From positions 14 through 64,013 of the forward strand of contig CABQIK010000002.1 of NCBI GenBank assembly GCA_902464275.1: a stretch of 64,000 nt of DNA, in the 5' to 3' direction. Below, in pieces: positions 1 through 9,340 of this stretch. This DNA comes from an uncultured Alphaproteobacteria bacterium (GTDB lineage Bacteria; Pseudomonadota; Alphaproteobacteria; RF32; CAG-239). Each line of letters starts with the position of its first letter. Positions within the stretch are counted from its first letter, which is position 1. Made by a program: the position numbers and the translations under genes. A model generated the notes under the pieces. That model was given only the letters and a program-made list of their open reading frames with translations. It searched no databases and was not told the origin of the DNA.

Positions 1-45
1 AGCTAAAATCTTCTTAAATGCAACAATTTGAGGAGATTTTTTATT
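1..45 (+). promoter_or_regulatory. 3' part of the conserved pilin-family upstream element (truncated by window edge) with GAGGAG Shine-Dalgarno
   Basis: agctaaaatcttcttaaa...tttgaggagatttt matches the 3' half of the ~95-bp element found upstream of all 11 paralogs. Confidence 0.6.
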
Positions 46-711
46 ATGAAATCAGAAAACGGACGTTCAATGGTGGAGATGCTTGGCGTGCTTGCGATTA
101 TCGGGGTTTTGTCGGTCGGGGCGATTGCCGGTTACTCCAAAGCCATGTTCAAGTACAAACTCAATAAACACGCCGAAAGTTTTAACATGCTGTTAAATGA
201 GGCAATAAAACTCTATCCTGATTTACGCCGTCATTATGGTGAAGCAGAACGAGATACAACCGGTTTAAACGGCTTTTTTTATAAGACAGGCTCACTGCCC
301 GATGGCGTAATCTATAATAATACAAATAGCGAAATTACTGACGTTTTTAAAAATAAGTATTATTTACGCTATGCTACGGGAAAACGTGCAGACGGCTCTT
401 TTTATCCTTATTATTACATAGAAACATGGTTTAACCGTACCGGCAATAAAATGACTGACCGTGACCGCGAAATTTGCCGCAACTTTGCGCTTGTCGCCAA
501 AGAAAATGCCTCTGATATTCACACATTTGAGGTTCGCTCAATTTCATCTGAAGCCATGGATTACACTGACAGCACTTTATACGGCGATATTTCCGGCAAC
601 ACGACAAATCTGTTACGCAATGCTTCGGTTGTCCAAATAGATAAAATGTGCGACTCTTGCGATTCATCAATAGGTTGCGCCATGGTTCTTTATATCACCA
701 TTGAATACTAA
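46..711 (+). CDS. type IV pilin-like protein, paralog 1 (prepilin N-terminal cleavage/methylation domain)
   Basis: ATG at 46 lies 9 nt after GAGGAG; the track start at 28 is a TTG read-through of the SD. N-terminus MKSENG|RSMVEMLGVLAIIGVLSVGAIAGYSKAMFKYKLNK has Gly-1, Glu+5 and a ~20-aa hydrophobic helix. C-terminus has EICRN..AKEN and a Cys cluster. Confidence 0.8.
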   Translation: MKSENGRSMVEMLGVLAIIGVLSVGAIAGYSKAMFKYKLNKHAESFNMLLNEAIKLYPDLRRHYGEAERDTTGLNGFFYKTGSLPDGVIYNNTNSEITDVFKNKYYLRYATGKRADGSFYPYYYIETWFNRTGNKMTDRDREICRNFALVAKENASDIHTFEVRSISSEAMDYTDSTLYGDISGNTTNLLRNASVVQIDKMCDSCDSSIGCAMVLYITIEY

Positions 712-742
712 CTGATTTTGCTAAATTTACAACTTATGCAGG

Positions 743-1005
743 GTGCAAATAATTCCACTCCTGAGGAGGGGGGGCGGCGATAGCCGACAGGGTGGTTAAA
801 TATAAGGTTGGAAAGTAGGTTCAATTTACGTTTTTTATACTCTAAAACAAACATTTATCCTGTTGTGAAATAATAATATAACCACCCCGCCTTCGGCACC
901 CTTCCATAGAGGGGAATTTTAAAAGGCCGGCATATTCCATAGAGGGGAATTTTAAAAGACCGGTATGCTCCATAGAAGTGGAATTTTAAATTGCGGATTT
1001 AAATA
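743..1005. mobile_element. MITE-like non-coding element inserted upstream of pilin paralog 2. It has ~20-bp imperfect terminal inverted repeats, is flanked by direct repeats of acaacttatgca, and contains an internal 33-bp x3 tandem
   Basis: Left end aaaattccactcctgaggagg; right-end motif cc(a/t)ccatagaggggaatttt is the reverse complement. A homologous copy lies at 46095-46285. GC-rich stem segments (ggcggcg, ggggtggtt/aaccacccc) are unlike surrounding intergenic DNA. Confidence 0.5.
904..996. repeat. tandem repeat, 33-bp unit x ~2.8 (ccatagaggggaattttaaaaggccggcatatt)
   Basis: Three consecutive near-identical units read directly. Single-copy versions of the same motif occur upstream of paralogs 7, 8 and 9. 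Confidence 0.85.
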
Positions 1006-1098
1006 CAACTTATGCACAGCACAGACTCGTAAATATTGCAAAAAAAAAACGCGAGCTAAAATCTTCTCAAAACTAACTTTTTGAGGAGATTTTAGCTC
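1006..1098 (+). promoter_or_regulatory. conserved pilin-family upstream element: candidate -35 TTGCAA, A10 spacer tract, -10 TAAAAT, GAGGAG SD
   Basis: acaacttatgcacagcacagactcgtaaatattgcaaaaaaaaaacgcgagctaaaatcttc... is near-identical at all 11 loci. Confidence 0.6.
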
Positions 1099-1734
1099 AT
1101 GAATATACAATCGGGTCGGTCTATGGTGGAGATGTTAGGAGTTTTAGCGATAATAGGAGTCCTGTCCGTCGGGGCAATTGCCGGATATAGCAAGGCGATG
1201 ATGAAGTATAAACTCAATAAATATTCAGAACAAATGAACACTGTGATAAATGCCATTGCCCGCAATGCGCATAGTTTTGATAATATTTACTCGCAAAACG
1301 GCTCCTCAACTTCGTTAACGCCATATTTTGTAAAAATGGGTGAAATTCCAACCGAAATGGTAACATCTAACCCAGAATATCTTCGTGATATTTTCGGTAT
1401 GCGCTGGGTGATTGCGATGTCATCAGACAGTAAAAACATATTGCTCTCAAGCTATAATACTCCAAGTACCAAATCAGCCGACGAATTGGAAAGATGCCGC
1501 ACCTTTATTATGCTTGCCAAAGAAAATTCCGGTAATATTTCATATCTTAACACCGCTAGCGGTCATGGTACGTCATCGGCAAAATCAGCTTATCTATACG
1601 GTGATAATCTCTGCACTCCTGACCGCAAATGCTTAAAAAATGTAACTTTAGATAATATTTACGAAATTTGCACAGCGCAAGCCGGCGCAACTTCAGCCGT
1701 TGAAACTGCCATTTGGTGGCTAATCAGAGGTTAA
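1099..1734 (+). CDS. type IV pilin-like protein, paralog 2
   Basis: MNIQSG|RSMVEMLGVLAIIGVLSVGAIAGYSKAMMKYKLNK. Subfamily with QMNTVINA..KMGEIPTEMV..NILLSSY..AKEN..LYGD..C..DRKCLKN. Confidence 0.8.
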   Translation: MNIQSGRSMVEMLGVLAIIGVLSVGAIAGYSKAMMKYKLNKYSEQMNTVINAIARNAHSFDNIYSQNGSSTSLTPYFVKMGEIPTEMVTSNPEYLRDIFGMRWVIAMSSDSKNILLSSYNTPSTKSADELERCRTFIMLAKENSGNISYLNTASGHGTSSAKSAYLYGDNLCTPDRKCLKNVTLDNIYEICTAQAGATSAVETAIWWLIRG

Positions 1735-2189
1735 TCGCGGCCGTCAAAAATAGCCTGAAAAGCATAAGCGTACGGATCCGGCGCCGCATATTTTTGTTGG
1801 TCGGCATCATTAAGCGCCCGCACCCCGTCAGAGCTGCGCAGGGTTTCGGCTTTTTCGCTCATAACCGTTTGCAGATAGCGGCTAACATCGGTAAACACGC
1901 ATTTAATAACCACCAAACTTCCGTCAGGTTTTTGCGCCGGTTGATTGGTTTTTGAGTTGCGCACCACATACGGTTTAATTACTTCCGTATCGCCGCTGCC
2001 GCCAATGCCTTTGGCAAATTTACGGAATTTATGTTCATCGTCGCAAGGCGTTATTTGCTTAATTTCCGCAAGATAAAAGGCCATCGCCTGTTTTTCAAGC
2101 GCGGTAGCATTTTCATCGGCAAGACGGCTTTGGCAATGCTCTATGGCCGCACTTAATTTTTTAGCTTCATAACTCTGCCCGTTTTCCAT
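1731..2189 (-). CDS. hypothetical protein
   Basis: 152-aa ORF with no recognised motif. Its stop overlaps the stop of paralog 2 (convergent). Confidence 0.4.
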   Translation of the reverse strand: MENGQSYEAKKLSAAIEHCQSRLADENATALEKQAMAFYLAEIKQITPCDDEHKFRKFAKGIGGSGDTEVIKPYVVRNSKTNQPAQKPDGSLVVIKCVFTDVSRYLQTVMSEKAETLRSSDGVRALNDADQQKYAAPDPYAYAFQAIFDGRD

Positions 2190-2235
2190 ATTTAAGCCTC
2201 CATAAACAAAAAACCTGCATGCGCAGGTTTTAAAA

Positions 2236-2457
2236 TTAATCTTTGTGGCGGAAAGTAATGCGCCCTTTGGTTAAGTCATAAGGGGTCATTTCAATATCTA
2301 CTTTATCGCCAACCATCACGCGGATTCTGAATTTACGCATTTTGCCGGCGGTATGCGCCAAAATTTCAACTCCGTTTTCAAGTTTAACACGGAACATGGC
2401 GTTCGGCAGTTTTTCAATCACTTCACCGGTTAATTCCAAAAGTTCTTCTTTACTCAT
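2236..2457 (-). CDS. infA: translation initiation factor IF-1
   Basis: 72-aa S1-like protein: [46 protein letters not shown]. Confidence 0.9.
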   Translation of the reverse strand: MSKEELLELTGEVIEKLPNAMFRVKLENGVEILAHTAGKMRKFRIRVMVGDKVDIEMTPYDLTKGRITFRHKD

Positions 2458-2508
2458 AAAAAATCCTTTACATATAAGTTCAATTTGTTTCGGTATACCC
2501 TTTATTTT

Positions 2509-4176
2509 TTAATTTTGCAATTTTTTTCTTTTAGATTTTGGAAATTTTAGCAAAAAAGTTGTACCTTGATTAATTTCGCTGCTGACGCTGATTTCGCCTT
2601 TAAACTTTTCAACCAACGATTTGACAATGGCAAGCCCCAGCCCCGTGCCCTGATGGCGGCTGCTGCGCCCTTCGGAATAAAACGGTTCAAAAATATGCTG
2701 AAATTTATCTTTGGCAATGCCGACGCCGGTATCTTTTACCTCCACCGCCACGCTGTTTTTGTCTTTTGAGGTTTTAATACTTAAAGTGCCGCCCGAAGGC
2801 ATGGCCTTTAAGGCATTTTGCGATAAATTAAGGATAATCATCTTAAAATCTGCCTCACTGCCTAAAATATTATTTTCAGCGCTGTTAAAATCTGCTTCTA
2901 CCGTAACTCCGTTGCGTTTTGCCTCATAATCAAGCAGCGAGAGTACCTCTTCAATGCTCGGGCGAATATCAAAAACTTCTTGCTCATCAGTACTGTAATG
3001 AGCCAATTTGAGCAAACGCTCCGGAATCTCAATGCTGCTTACTATTTGGTTATAAATCATATTAAGATATTTTTTTTCTTTTGAACCTTCAGGTAAATCT
3101 TTAAATGATGTTTCCAATAAGCCCTCTAAAATCATACGCACAGAGCCTAAATTATTTTTCATTTCATGCGCGACGGAAGTTGCCAAAAAGCCGAGCGAGG
3201 CAATTTTTTGTTCATGTGAAAAACGAATATCGTCACTTAAATCGCGGATAGATTCCACAATATAAAAATCATCAGGCAACGCTGTGCTTTTAACCTTTAG
3301 GGGCGCCGCATTAATTGAAAGCGGCCTATCGCTAGCGGTTTGAATAATGCTGATGCTCTTTGAACCGGCGTGTTTAATTTCACGCAATGGGCAAGTAAAC
3401 ATACCAAGCGGACAAGGCTCGTTATATCCGCAGGCTTCATAACATTTAACATTTTCATCAGTGTTTTGAGTTTTAAACTGCTTAAAATAAGCTTTGTTAG
3501 CCAACACCACATTATAATTATGGTCTATCACCCTTATACCGTCAGGAATGGCATCAATCAATAACTGCAAAAATGTTTCAGTATTTTTAATGGCGGTAAT
3601 GTTGCTTTCAATATTATCAATCATGGTGTTAAAGGTTTTGGCGAGCGTGTCAAACTCATCAAAAAATATTTGCTTTTTGCCAAGCAGAATCCGGTGCGAA
3701 AAATCACCGCCGGAAACGAGTTTGCTGGCATCTGTCAGGCGCTTAATCGGCACAATTACCCATTTTTGCAGCAAAAAGCCCAAAATCATGATTGACAGAA
3801 ACGAGAGCAACGAGCTGACGGCAATTATTTTGGCGCCTTCAGTGAAAGCTTTGGTGCGCTCGTCATAATTTTTTTGCAAATCCTGATTAAGTTTTTGCTC
3901 GCGCGAAAGTTCTTCCTGTTTTTGCCCCAAGTCGCCGCTTACAACCGCTTCACTCTCATGGGATAGCGTAACATTGGCGCGGTTAAGCTCACGGCGCAAG
4001 GCAATATTTTCATACAACAGCTCCATAACGTACTGATTGCGCAAAAAGATAGAGTTTTTATCTTCCTGATATTTTTTGCTGTATATGTTCAAAAACATTG
4101 AAAAGAACAGCCCGGCCATAAAAATAAAAAATACAAAAAACGTATAAAAAATTTTTTTATTTAAACTGAAATACAT
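2509..4176 (-). CDS. sensor histidine kinase (TM - HAMP - Cys-rich PAS-like - HisKA - HATPase_c)
   Basis: H-box HEMKNNLGSV and G2 box GTGLGLAIVKSLVE. PAS-like region carries CYEACGYNEPCPLGMFTCP. No response regulator adjacent. Confidence 0.7.
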   Translation of the reverse strand: MYFSLNKKIFYTFFVFFIFMAGLFFSMFLNIYSKKYQEDKNSIFLRNQYVMELLYENIALRRELNRANVTLSHESEAVVSGDLGQKQEELSREQKLNQDLQKNYDERTKAFTEGAKIIAVSSLLSFLSIMILGFLLQKWVIVPIKRLTDASKLVSGGDFSHRILLGKKQIFFDEFDTLAKTFNTMIDNIESNITAIKNTETFLQLLIDAIPDGIRVIDHNYNVVLANKAYFKQFKTQNTDENVKCYEACGYNEPCPLGMFTCPLREIKHAGSKSISIIQTASDRPLSINAAPLKVKSTALPDDFYIVESIRDLSDDIRFSHEQKIASLGFLATSVAHEMKNNLGSVRMILEGLLETSFKDLPEGSKEKKYLNMIYNQIVSSIEIPERLLKLAHYSTDEQEVFDIRPSIEEVLSLLDYEAKRNGVTVEADFNSAENNILGSEADFKMIILNLSQNALKAMPSGGTLSIKTSKDKNSVAVEVKDTGVGIAKDKFQHIFEPFYSEGRSSRHQGTGLGLAIVKSLVEKFKGEISVSSEINQGTTFLLKFPKSKRKKLQN

Positions 4177-4187
4177 ACCGTTCCCTC

Positions 4188-4910
4188 TTATTTAAAAATT
4201 TGCAAAAACTGTTCTTTATCATTAATCATTAAATACGGATTGCACTGCTTTTCAAGCCCTAACGTAATCGGCTTATCGGGGGTTTTTGCAGTCAGGCGCG
4301 AATATGCCGACGCCAAATATTTTTCCAGAGCCGGAGTTTGCCCGCGCGCCATAGCCATACGCAGAGCTCCCGCCGTATATTCATGTCCGGCATAAAAGGC
4401 AACGTCATCAGGCAGAGCTTTAATTTTTTGCAGGCTGTTCCACATTTGCTCGGGAGTGCCTTCAAAAATTCCGCCGATGCACAAATTAAACAAAACATCG
4501 CCGGTAAATAAAACCTTGTCATCGGGAAAATACCACAAAATGTGTCCGAGCGTATGTCCGGGAGCGGCAATTACCCGCGCTTTGCTTTGCCCTAAAAAAA
4601 ATTCATCGCCGTCTTTAAGAGCTATATCAAGGTCAGCGATAAGTTTTTTTTCAGCCTCGGGGCCGACAATTTTTAAACCGTACCGTTTTTTAAGTTCGGC
4701 ATTGCCGCCAACGTGGTCAAAATGGTGGTGAGTGGTTAAAATGTATGACGGATTAAGCTTTAAGGCCTCGCACATAATTTTTACCGGTTCCGCCTCGGAA
4801 GCATCAACCACCGCCGTTGTTCCGGTGGCTTCATCGGTGATAATATAAGCGTAATTATCCATAACTCCGGCGCGGCACAAAACCGGCTTAATCTTTAAAC
4901 TCATATTCAT
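4188..4910 (-). CDS. gloB: hydroxyacylglutathione hydrolase (glyoxalase II, MBL fold)
   Basis: THHHFDHVGG metal-binding motif; ~240 aa. Confidence 0.75.
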   Translation of the reverse strand: MNMSLKIKPVLCRAGVMDNYAYIITDEATGTTAVVDASEAEPVKIMCEALKLNPSYILTTHHHFDHVGGNAELKKRYGLKIVGPEAEKKLIADLDIALKDGDEFFLGQSKARVIAAPGHTLGHILWYFPDDKVLFTGDVLFNLCIGGIFEGTPEQMWNSLQKIKALPDDVAFYAGHEYTAGALRMAMARGQTPALEKYLASAYSRLTAKTPDKPITLGLEKQCNPYLMINDKEQFLQIFK

Positions 4911-5817
4911 TCTCCAACGTGGCTTCGTCTAAATAAAAAAAGCGGTAGTAAGTTACAACGTAATCAAGCAAACCGGCATAATTTTGCAAATTGCTGTTTA
5001 AGATAAACGTCCAATCCATGCGCTTGCCGTAAACCACGCTGCCGCGGCGGCGCGATTCCGCCCGCGAGTTCCAAAACTGCTCAAAATTAATGTTAGAATT
5101 GGCTTTAATCGCAAAAGCGCGCATACTGCTTTCAAGCGACGGGTAAATGGTGTAACGGTACGAATTGTCATCTTCACCGATTGGAATTAAGCCCTTATCG
5201 GTATACCAATCGCGAGCTTTGTACAGGTTGTTGCCCAAAACCGCAAGGCGCGATGTTCCCCAATCGGTGGCAACGGCGGCAATGCTCACCAAAATTGAGG
5301 GCGGCACCACATCAACGCGCCGGATTAACTCGTTTAATATCAGCGTATAACGGCGAGTATCCTTAAACGGAGTGCTCACATCGTATTTTTTTGCCATTTT
5401 TTCAAGATAGTACATATCGGTTTTTTGAAAATCGCGGTCAGCCTCAAAAGCCTCCTGCAACGCCATTAAATTTTCGCGCTCTTCCAAAAATTCTTGGTTA
5501 ATTTTGAGCGCAAGCGGCATTAAAATTTGGATAAAAAGGCGGTTGCGCACGGTGGCGTCTTCCATAGAGGCAAAATCAGCCGGAATGTTTTTTACAAAAA
5601 TGCGCGGATATTCGTTTCCGGCCGGATTGATATATTCATCATACTGCAAATACGCAAACATTTTTTGCAGCTCGTCAGTAGTAAAATCAGCCATATAAAC
5701 GCCGCTTTCGGTAATGTTCATTTTGGCATCGGTATCAGCGGCGGTTTTAGGTTCAGCGGCAAAGGCAAAAGCCGAAATCAGGCAACAAATTATTAAGGTT
5801 AAAAATTGTTTTATCAT
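4888..5817 (-). CDS. secreted glucosaminidase-domain protein (Bax/FlgJ-like)
   Basis: Signal peptide MIKQFLTLIICCLISAFAFA. ATDWGTSRLAVLGNNLYKAR resembles the FlgJ-type glucosaminidase motif. Start chosen at the second ATG, which has an AAGG RBS. Confidence 0.45.
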   Translation of the reverse strand: MIKQFLTLIICCLISAFAFAAEPKTAADTDAKMNITESGVYMADFTTDELQKMFAYLQYDEYINPAGNEYPRIFVKNIPADFASMEDATVRNRLFIQILMPLALKINQEFLEERENLMALQEAFEADRDFQKTDMYYLEKMAKKYDVSTPFKDTRRYTLILNELIRRVDVVPPSILVSIAAVATDWGTSRLAVLGNNLYKARDWYTDKGLIPIGEDDNSYRYTIYPSLESSMRAFAIKANSNINFEQFWNSRAESRRRGSVVYGKRMDWTFILNSNLQNYAGLLDYVVTYYRFFYLDEATLENEYEFKD

Positions 5818-5842
5818 GTGCTTACCTTTGCGCAAATATTAA

Positions 5843-6388
5843 TCACTCATCTTCCGAAAAAGGACGAACTTCCGTAACTTCAGGAATATAATTTTTTAAG
5901 ATTTTTTCAACCCCGTCTTTAAGCGTGCGCATGGCATACGGACAACCGGCGCATTTTCCGGTCAGTTCCACATACAGCACTCCGCCCGCAAATTTTTTAA
6001 TTGCAATATCGCCGCCGTCTTTGTTTAAGGCCGGACGAATACGCGCCGCCACCAATCCTGAAATTTTTTTCATTAAATTATCGGGGCTTTCAGGCTCGGA
6101 CAAAGCCACTACCGCATCGGCGCCAGTGGCAACAAAATCTAATATCTCGGCCATAATTTGCGGAGATAAATCGTCCCAAGAAGAGGCCTCGGTTTTAACC
6201 ACTGAGACCATATCGGGAGCAATTAAAACGCTTTCAACTCCGCCTAAGTCAAAAATTGCTTCGGCCAAAGGCGACTTGCGGAGCGCTTTGGCATCGGCAA
6301 ATTCAGAATCGGAGGATACGGCAAGTTTTTGCTCGGGATAAAAATTTTTAACGTTCGGATTGTTGGTTGCTTCCGTTTTAATTATCAT
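5843..6388 (-). CDS. nfu: NifU/Nfu-family Fe-S cluster assembly protein
   Basis: C-terminal NifU domain with CAGCPYA motif and an N-terminal Nfu_N-like domain. Confidence 0.7.
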   Translation of the reverse strand: MIIKTEATNNPNVKNFYPEQKLAVSSDSEFADAKALRKSPLAEAIFDLGGVESVLIAPDMVSVVKTEASSWDDLSPQIMAEILDFVATGADAVVALSEPESPDNLMKKISGLVAARIRPALNKDGGDIAIKKFAGGVLYVELTGKCAGCPYAMRTLKDGVEKILKNYIPEVTEVRPFSEDE

Positions 6389-7394
6389 TTTTGTTTCCTA
6401 AACGAATGTTTTGCAAAGCTGAGGCGATTATGTTTAATTGATAACGTATTTTAGCCGCATAGCCGTTAAGTATCAGCAAATGATTAGGCGCAAACACGCT
6501 GTCAGGCTCACCGTTGCGAACAACGCTCGGGCTAAGCGCCAAAGCGTCTTCAAAGGTTTTGGTTAAAATTGTCCAATTTTCATACTGTTCGGCAAGTAAA
6601 ATTTGCGCTTTAAAGTCAGCGGCCATAGCTTTTAACACCACATAATAAGCGTACATCTGCCCCTGAGCATTATAAAACACATCATCGGCGGCATTATCAA
6701 ACCAATCGGTGGAGTGTTCACGCACTTCCGTTTCAAGCTTGTTCATAACGCGGCCGGTATCGCGGTTAATAACGGCAAGCAGCTTTTGCAAAAGTTCATC
6801 GGAAGACCCGAGCGGCTGCAGCTCTTGCTCATTAAAGCGCTGCAAAGCTTTGCGGGCTTTGCGATATTGCGCGCCCGAAGACGGCGCCAACGAAAGATTT
6901 TCAGTTTTAGAAAGCAACCAAACATCAGCCGGATATTTAAGCAATTCCGCCGCTTTGGCAAGCTCTGAAGAGCTGTATCCGCGCGATAAAACCATCGTGG
7001 TATTTTTTAATGATTTTATAATCCCGCGCTGAAACTGCGGCATATTGTCAAGCACGTATCCCGGAAAAATAATCGGCAAATTAGGGGTCCACAAGTGGTC
7101 ATCAACTTCACGGCTGATAAGATTGGCAACCGAATCGGCAACCGCCAAACCCTTTTCAGGCATGGCAACTTCGGCCAGCGGAGTTTTGTTAATGTTATCG
7201 GTTGCCCAACTGCCGATTATATAATAAAGCACCAAAACCGCCGGTAAAATAATGGCGATTGATTTCCACGAGCGCTTAATAAAATCCCAAAATTCCGCCA
7301 CACGCTCAGCCGTAATCGGGTTAAGCCTGCCGATAACTTCTAAAGCCTCAGCCAAGCGGAGTTTAACGGTTTTCCATTGCTGTTTGTTTGGCAT
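6378..7394 (-). CDS. hypothetical membrane-anchored protein (DUF2333-like?)
   Basis: 338 aa with a single N-terminal TM helix. No catalytic motif recognised. Confidence 0.35.
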   Translation of the reverse strand: MPNKQQWKTVKLRLAEALEVIGRLNPITAERVAEFWDFIKRSWKSIAIILPAVLVLYYIIGSWATDNINKTPLAEVAMPEKGLAVADSVANLISREVDDHLWTPNLPIIFPGYVLDNMPQFQRGIIKSLKNTTMVLSRGYSSSELAKAAELLKYPADVWLLSKTENLSLAPSSGAQYRKARKALQRFNEQELQPLGSSDELLQKLLAVINRDTGRVMNKLETEVREHSTDWFDNAADDVFYNAQGQMYAYYVVLKAMAADFKAQILLAEQYENWTILTKTFEDALALSPSVVRNGEPDSVFAPNHLLILNGYAAKIRYQLNIIASALQNIRLGNKNDN

Positions 7395-8967
7395 TATGCC
7401 CCCTTTTGTAAAAAAGTTTCAAAATTTCAGAAATATCCAGCACTTTAGTTATTTTAGCCATAATCAAAAAAGTTGCAAGCCCGAAAATGCCGAAGACGCC
7501 CAATAAGCACAATTTTAACATGGTACCGAGCCGCAACCAGTTGCCGATAATCAGGTTAACACCAAGTTCGGCGGCATAAACCATCAGCCCCATAAAAACA
7601 GAGCAAAACGCAATTTTAAGTATTTTAACGCAAAGCTCGGGCGAAAGTTGCCAAAACCCGCGCTTTTTAAGGCCGCGCAGATATTGCGCAAGCGATACAA
7701 ACGCCGCCACGGTGGTGGCAGTGGCAATACCGACATGGCCGAAAGGCCTCATCAACAGCAAGCAGGCAATTAAGTTAGTTAAAAACACTACCGCGCTGTA
7801 CTTTACCGGAGTTACCGTATCGCCGCGGGCAAAAAAGTTTGGCATTAAGGCTTTTACAAGCACATAGCACGGCAGTCCGACCGAATATGCCCGCACCGCC
7901 ATAGCGGTCATGGCGGTATCTTCTGCATTGAATTTTCCGTGTTCAAACAAAATGTTAATAACCGGAGCGGCCAAAACAATCATCATCACCGCGGCCGGAA
8001 ATGAGAGCAAGGCTCCATACTCAACCGCCTTGTTCTGCGACTGCTCGCTTCCTTTGCGGTCGCCCGCTTTTAACTGCTTGGACAGAATCGGCAACAAAGC
8101 CACGCTGATGGCGGCGCCGACCACTCCCAAAGGAAGTTGCTGCAAGCGGTTAGCATAATACAACCATGAAATGGCACCGGTGCCGACCAATGATACCAAA
8201 ATGGTATCAACCACCATGTTTATCTGGTAAATTCCGGCACCGACCACTCCCGGAGCAATGCGCTTAAACAAGGTTTTAATTTCCGAATCGCGCATTATTT
8301 TACCCATTGCCAAATACGGAGTTATGCGCACATTTTGTTTATGCAAAAAATAAGAAAGCCACAAAATTTCAAGGAAACCGGCAAAAGTAATGCCGACGGC
8401 AAAACCATGCGCCGGAGTTATACTGAAAGGAACAAACACAAAAGCCGCCGCAATCATGCCTAAATTTAAGATTATCGGCGCCGCGGCGGGAGCGGCAAAT
8501 TTTTCAAGCGAGTTTAAAATTCCGGCCTGAAACGAAACCACGGATATAAACAACAAAAACGGAAATGTTATGCGGCATAATGAAACAGCAAGTTCGGTTT
8601 TACCGGCGTCTCCGGCAAAGCCTGGAGCCAAAACATGCACCACAGCCGGCATAAAAACCTCAAACAACAGCACAAAAACAGCCAAAAAGAACACTAAAAG
8701 CGAAATGGCGCGCGAGGCAAAATACATAGATTTTTTTTGCCCGTCAGAGACAAGCTTTTGCGAAAACAGCGGCACAAACGCACTGGTAAAAGCCCCTTCC
8801 GCAAACAAACTTCTGAACAAGTTAGGTAATTTAAACGCAACAAAAAACGCGTCAGAAACCGCGCCGGCGCCAAGCATGTTAGCGAGCACCATATCACGCA
8901 AAAAGCCGGTAATTCGGCTGACAAAAGTAAAACCGCCAAAGGTGGCAACAGATTTAAATAAAGACAT
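7363..8967 (-). CDS. murJ: lipid II flippase MurJ (MviN)
   Basis: MSLFKSVATFGGFTFVSRITGFLRDMVLANMLGAG...; polytopic. Start taken at the MSLFKS Met (purine-rich RBS) rather than the track start at 9024. Confidence 0.85.
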   Translation of the reverse strand: MSLFKSVATFGGFTFVSRITGFLRDMVLANMLGAGAVSDAFFVAFKLPNLFRSLFAEGAFTSAFVPLFSQKLVSDGQKKSMYFASRAISLLVFFLAVFVLLFEVFMPAVVHVLAPGFAGDAGKTELAVSLCRITFPFLLFISVVSFQAGILNSLEKFAAPAAAPIILNLGMIAAAFVFVPFSITPAHGFAVGITFAGFLEILWLSYFLHKQNVRITPYLAMGKIMRDSEIKTLFKRIAPGVVGAGIYQINMVVDTILVSLVGTGAISWLYYANRLQQLPLGVVGAAISVALLPILSKQLKAGDRKGSEQSQNKAVEYGALLSFPAAVMMIVLAAPVINILFEHGKFNAEDTAMTAMAVRAYSVGLPCYVLVKALMPNFFARGDTVTPVKYSAVVFLTNLIACLLLMRPFGHVGIATATTVAAFVSLAQYLRGLKKRGFWQLSPELCVKILKIAFCSVFMGLMVYAAELGVNLIIGNWLRLGTMLKLCLLGVFGIFGLATFLIMAKITKVLDISEILKLFYKRGHNAKQTAMENR

Positions 8968-9074
8968 TTCCGCCCCTTTAATTATAAACACGCTTAATGT
9001 AGCTGAAAAAGTTTGCCTTTGCACTAATTTTTTACATGACCTGTGAATTTATTAAAAAACTTGTTGAAAAATAC

Positions 9075-9104
9075 TTGACAAAACCAAAAAACTATGCTTA
9101 AGAT
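9075..9104 (+). promoter_or_regulatory. sigma70-type promoter (TTGACA-N17/18-TAAGAT) upstream of a small ORF
   Basis: Consensus -35 TTGACA at 9075-9080. Confidence 0.45.
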
Positions 9105-9134
9105 AGACAAAACGTTCCACGAAAGGATAAAAAA

Positions 9135-9305
9135 ATGAGTAAAGCAACTATACAGGCAAAATTCCACGGAAAGCGCATTGCTCAGCCTTATTTTAAACAC
9201 GGCAAACCCACCAAACAACTGTTGAGGTTGAGAGCTTCGCTTGACATGGAAAAGTCTGAAAATAACAATACCGCTGTTCAGATGAAAGAGCAGCAAACTC
9301 GTTAA
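9135..9305 (+). CDS. candidate small basic protein (56 aa), unannotated in the ORF track
   Basis: MSKATIQAKFHGKRIAQPYFKHGKPTKQLLRLRASLDMEKSENNNTAVQMKEQQTR. AGGA RBS, promoter upstream and terminator hairpin downstream. Confidence 0.35.
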   Translation: MSKATIQAKFHGKRIAQPYFKHGKPTKQLLRLRASLDMEKSENNNTAVQMKEQQTR

Positions 9306-9340
9306 TCCCTAAAAAAATGTGTTTTATAATATCAGAAAAA

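Noticed and set aside
431-670. Numerous short antisense/overlapping ORFs in the track (e.g. 431-670, 1412-1636, 2566-2769, 44119-44706, 50489-50768)
   Set aside because: They lie entirely inside well-supported genes on the other strand or frame, lack RBSs, and have biased low-complexity translations typical of out-of-frame reading.
28-711. Track ORF start at 28 (MRRFFI...) and similar N-terminal extensions at 29375, 39863, 46361 and 60965
   Set aside because: These arise from read-through of the conserved GAGGAG SD region (TTG or upstream ATG). The conserved ATG 9-10 nt after the SD is the start used in all unextended paralogs.
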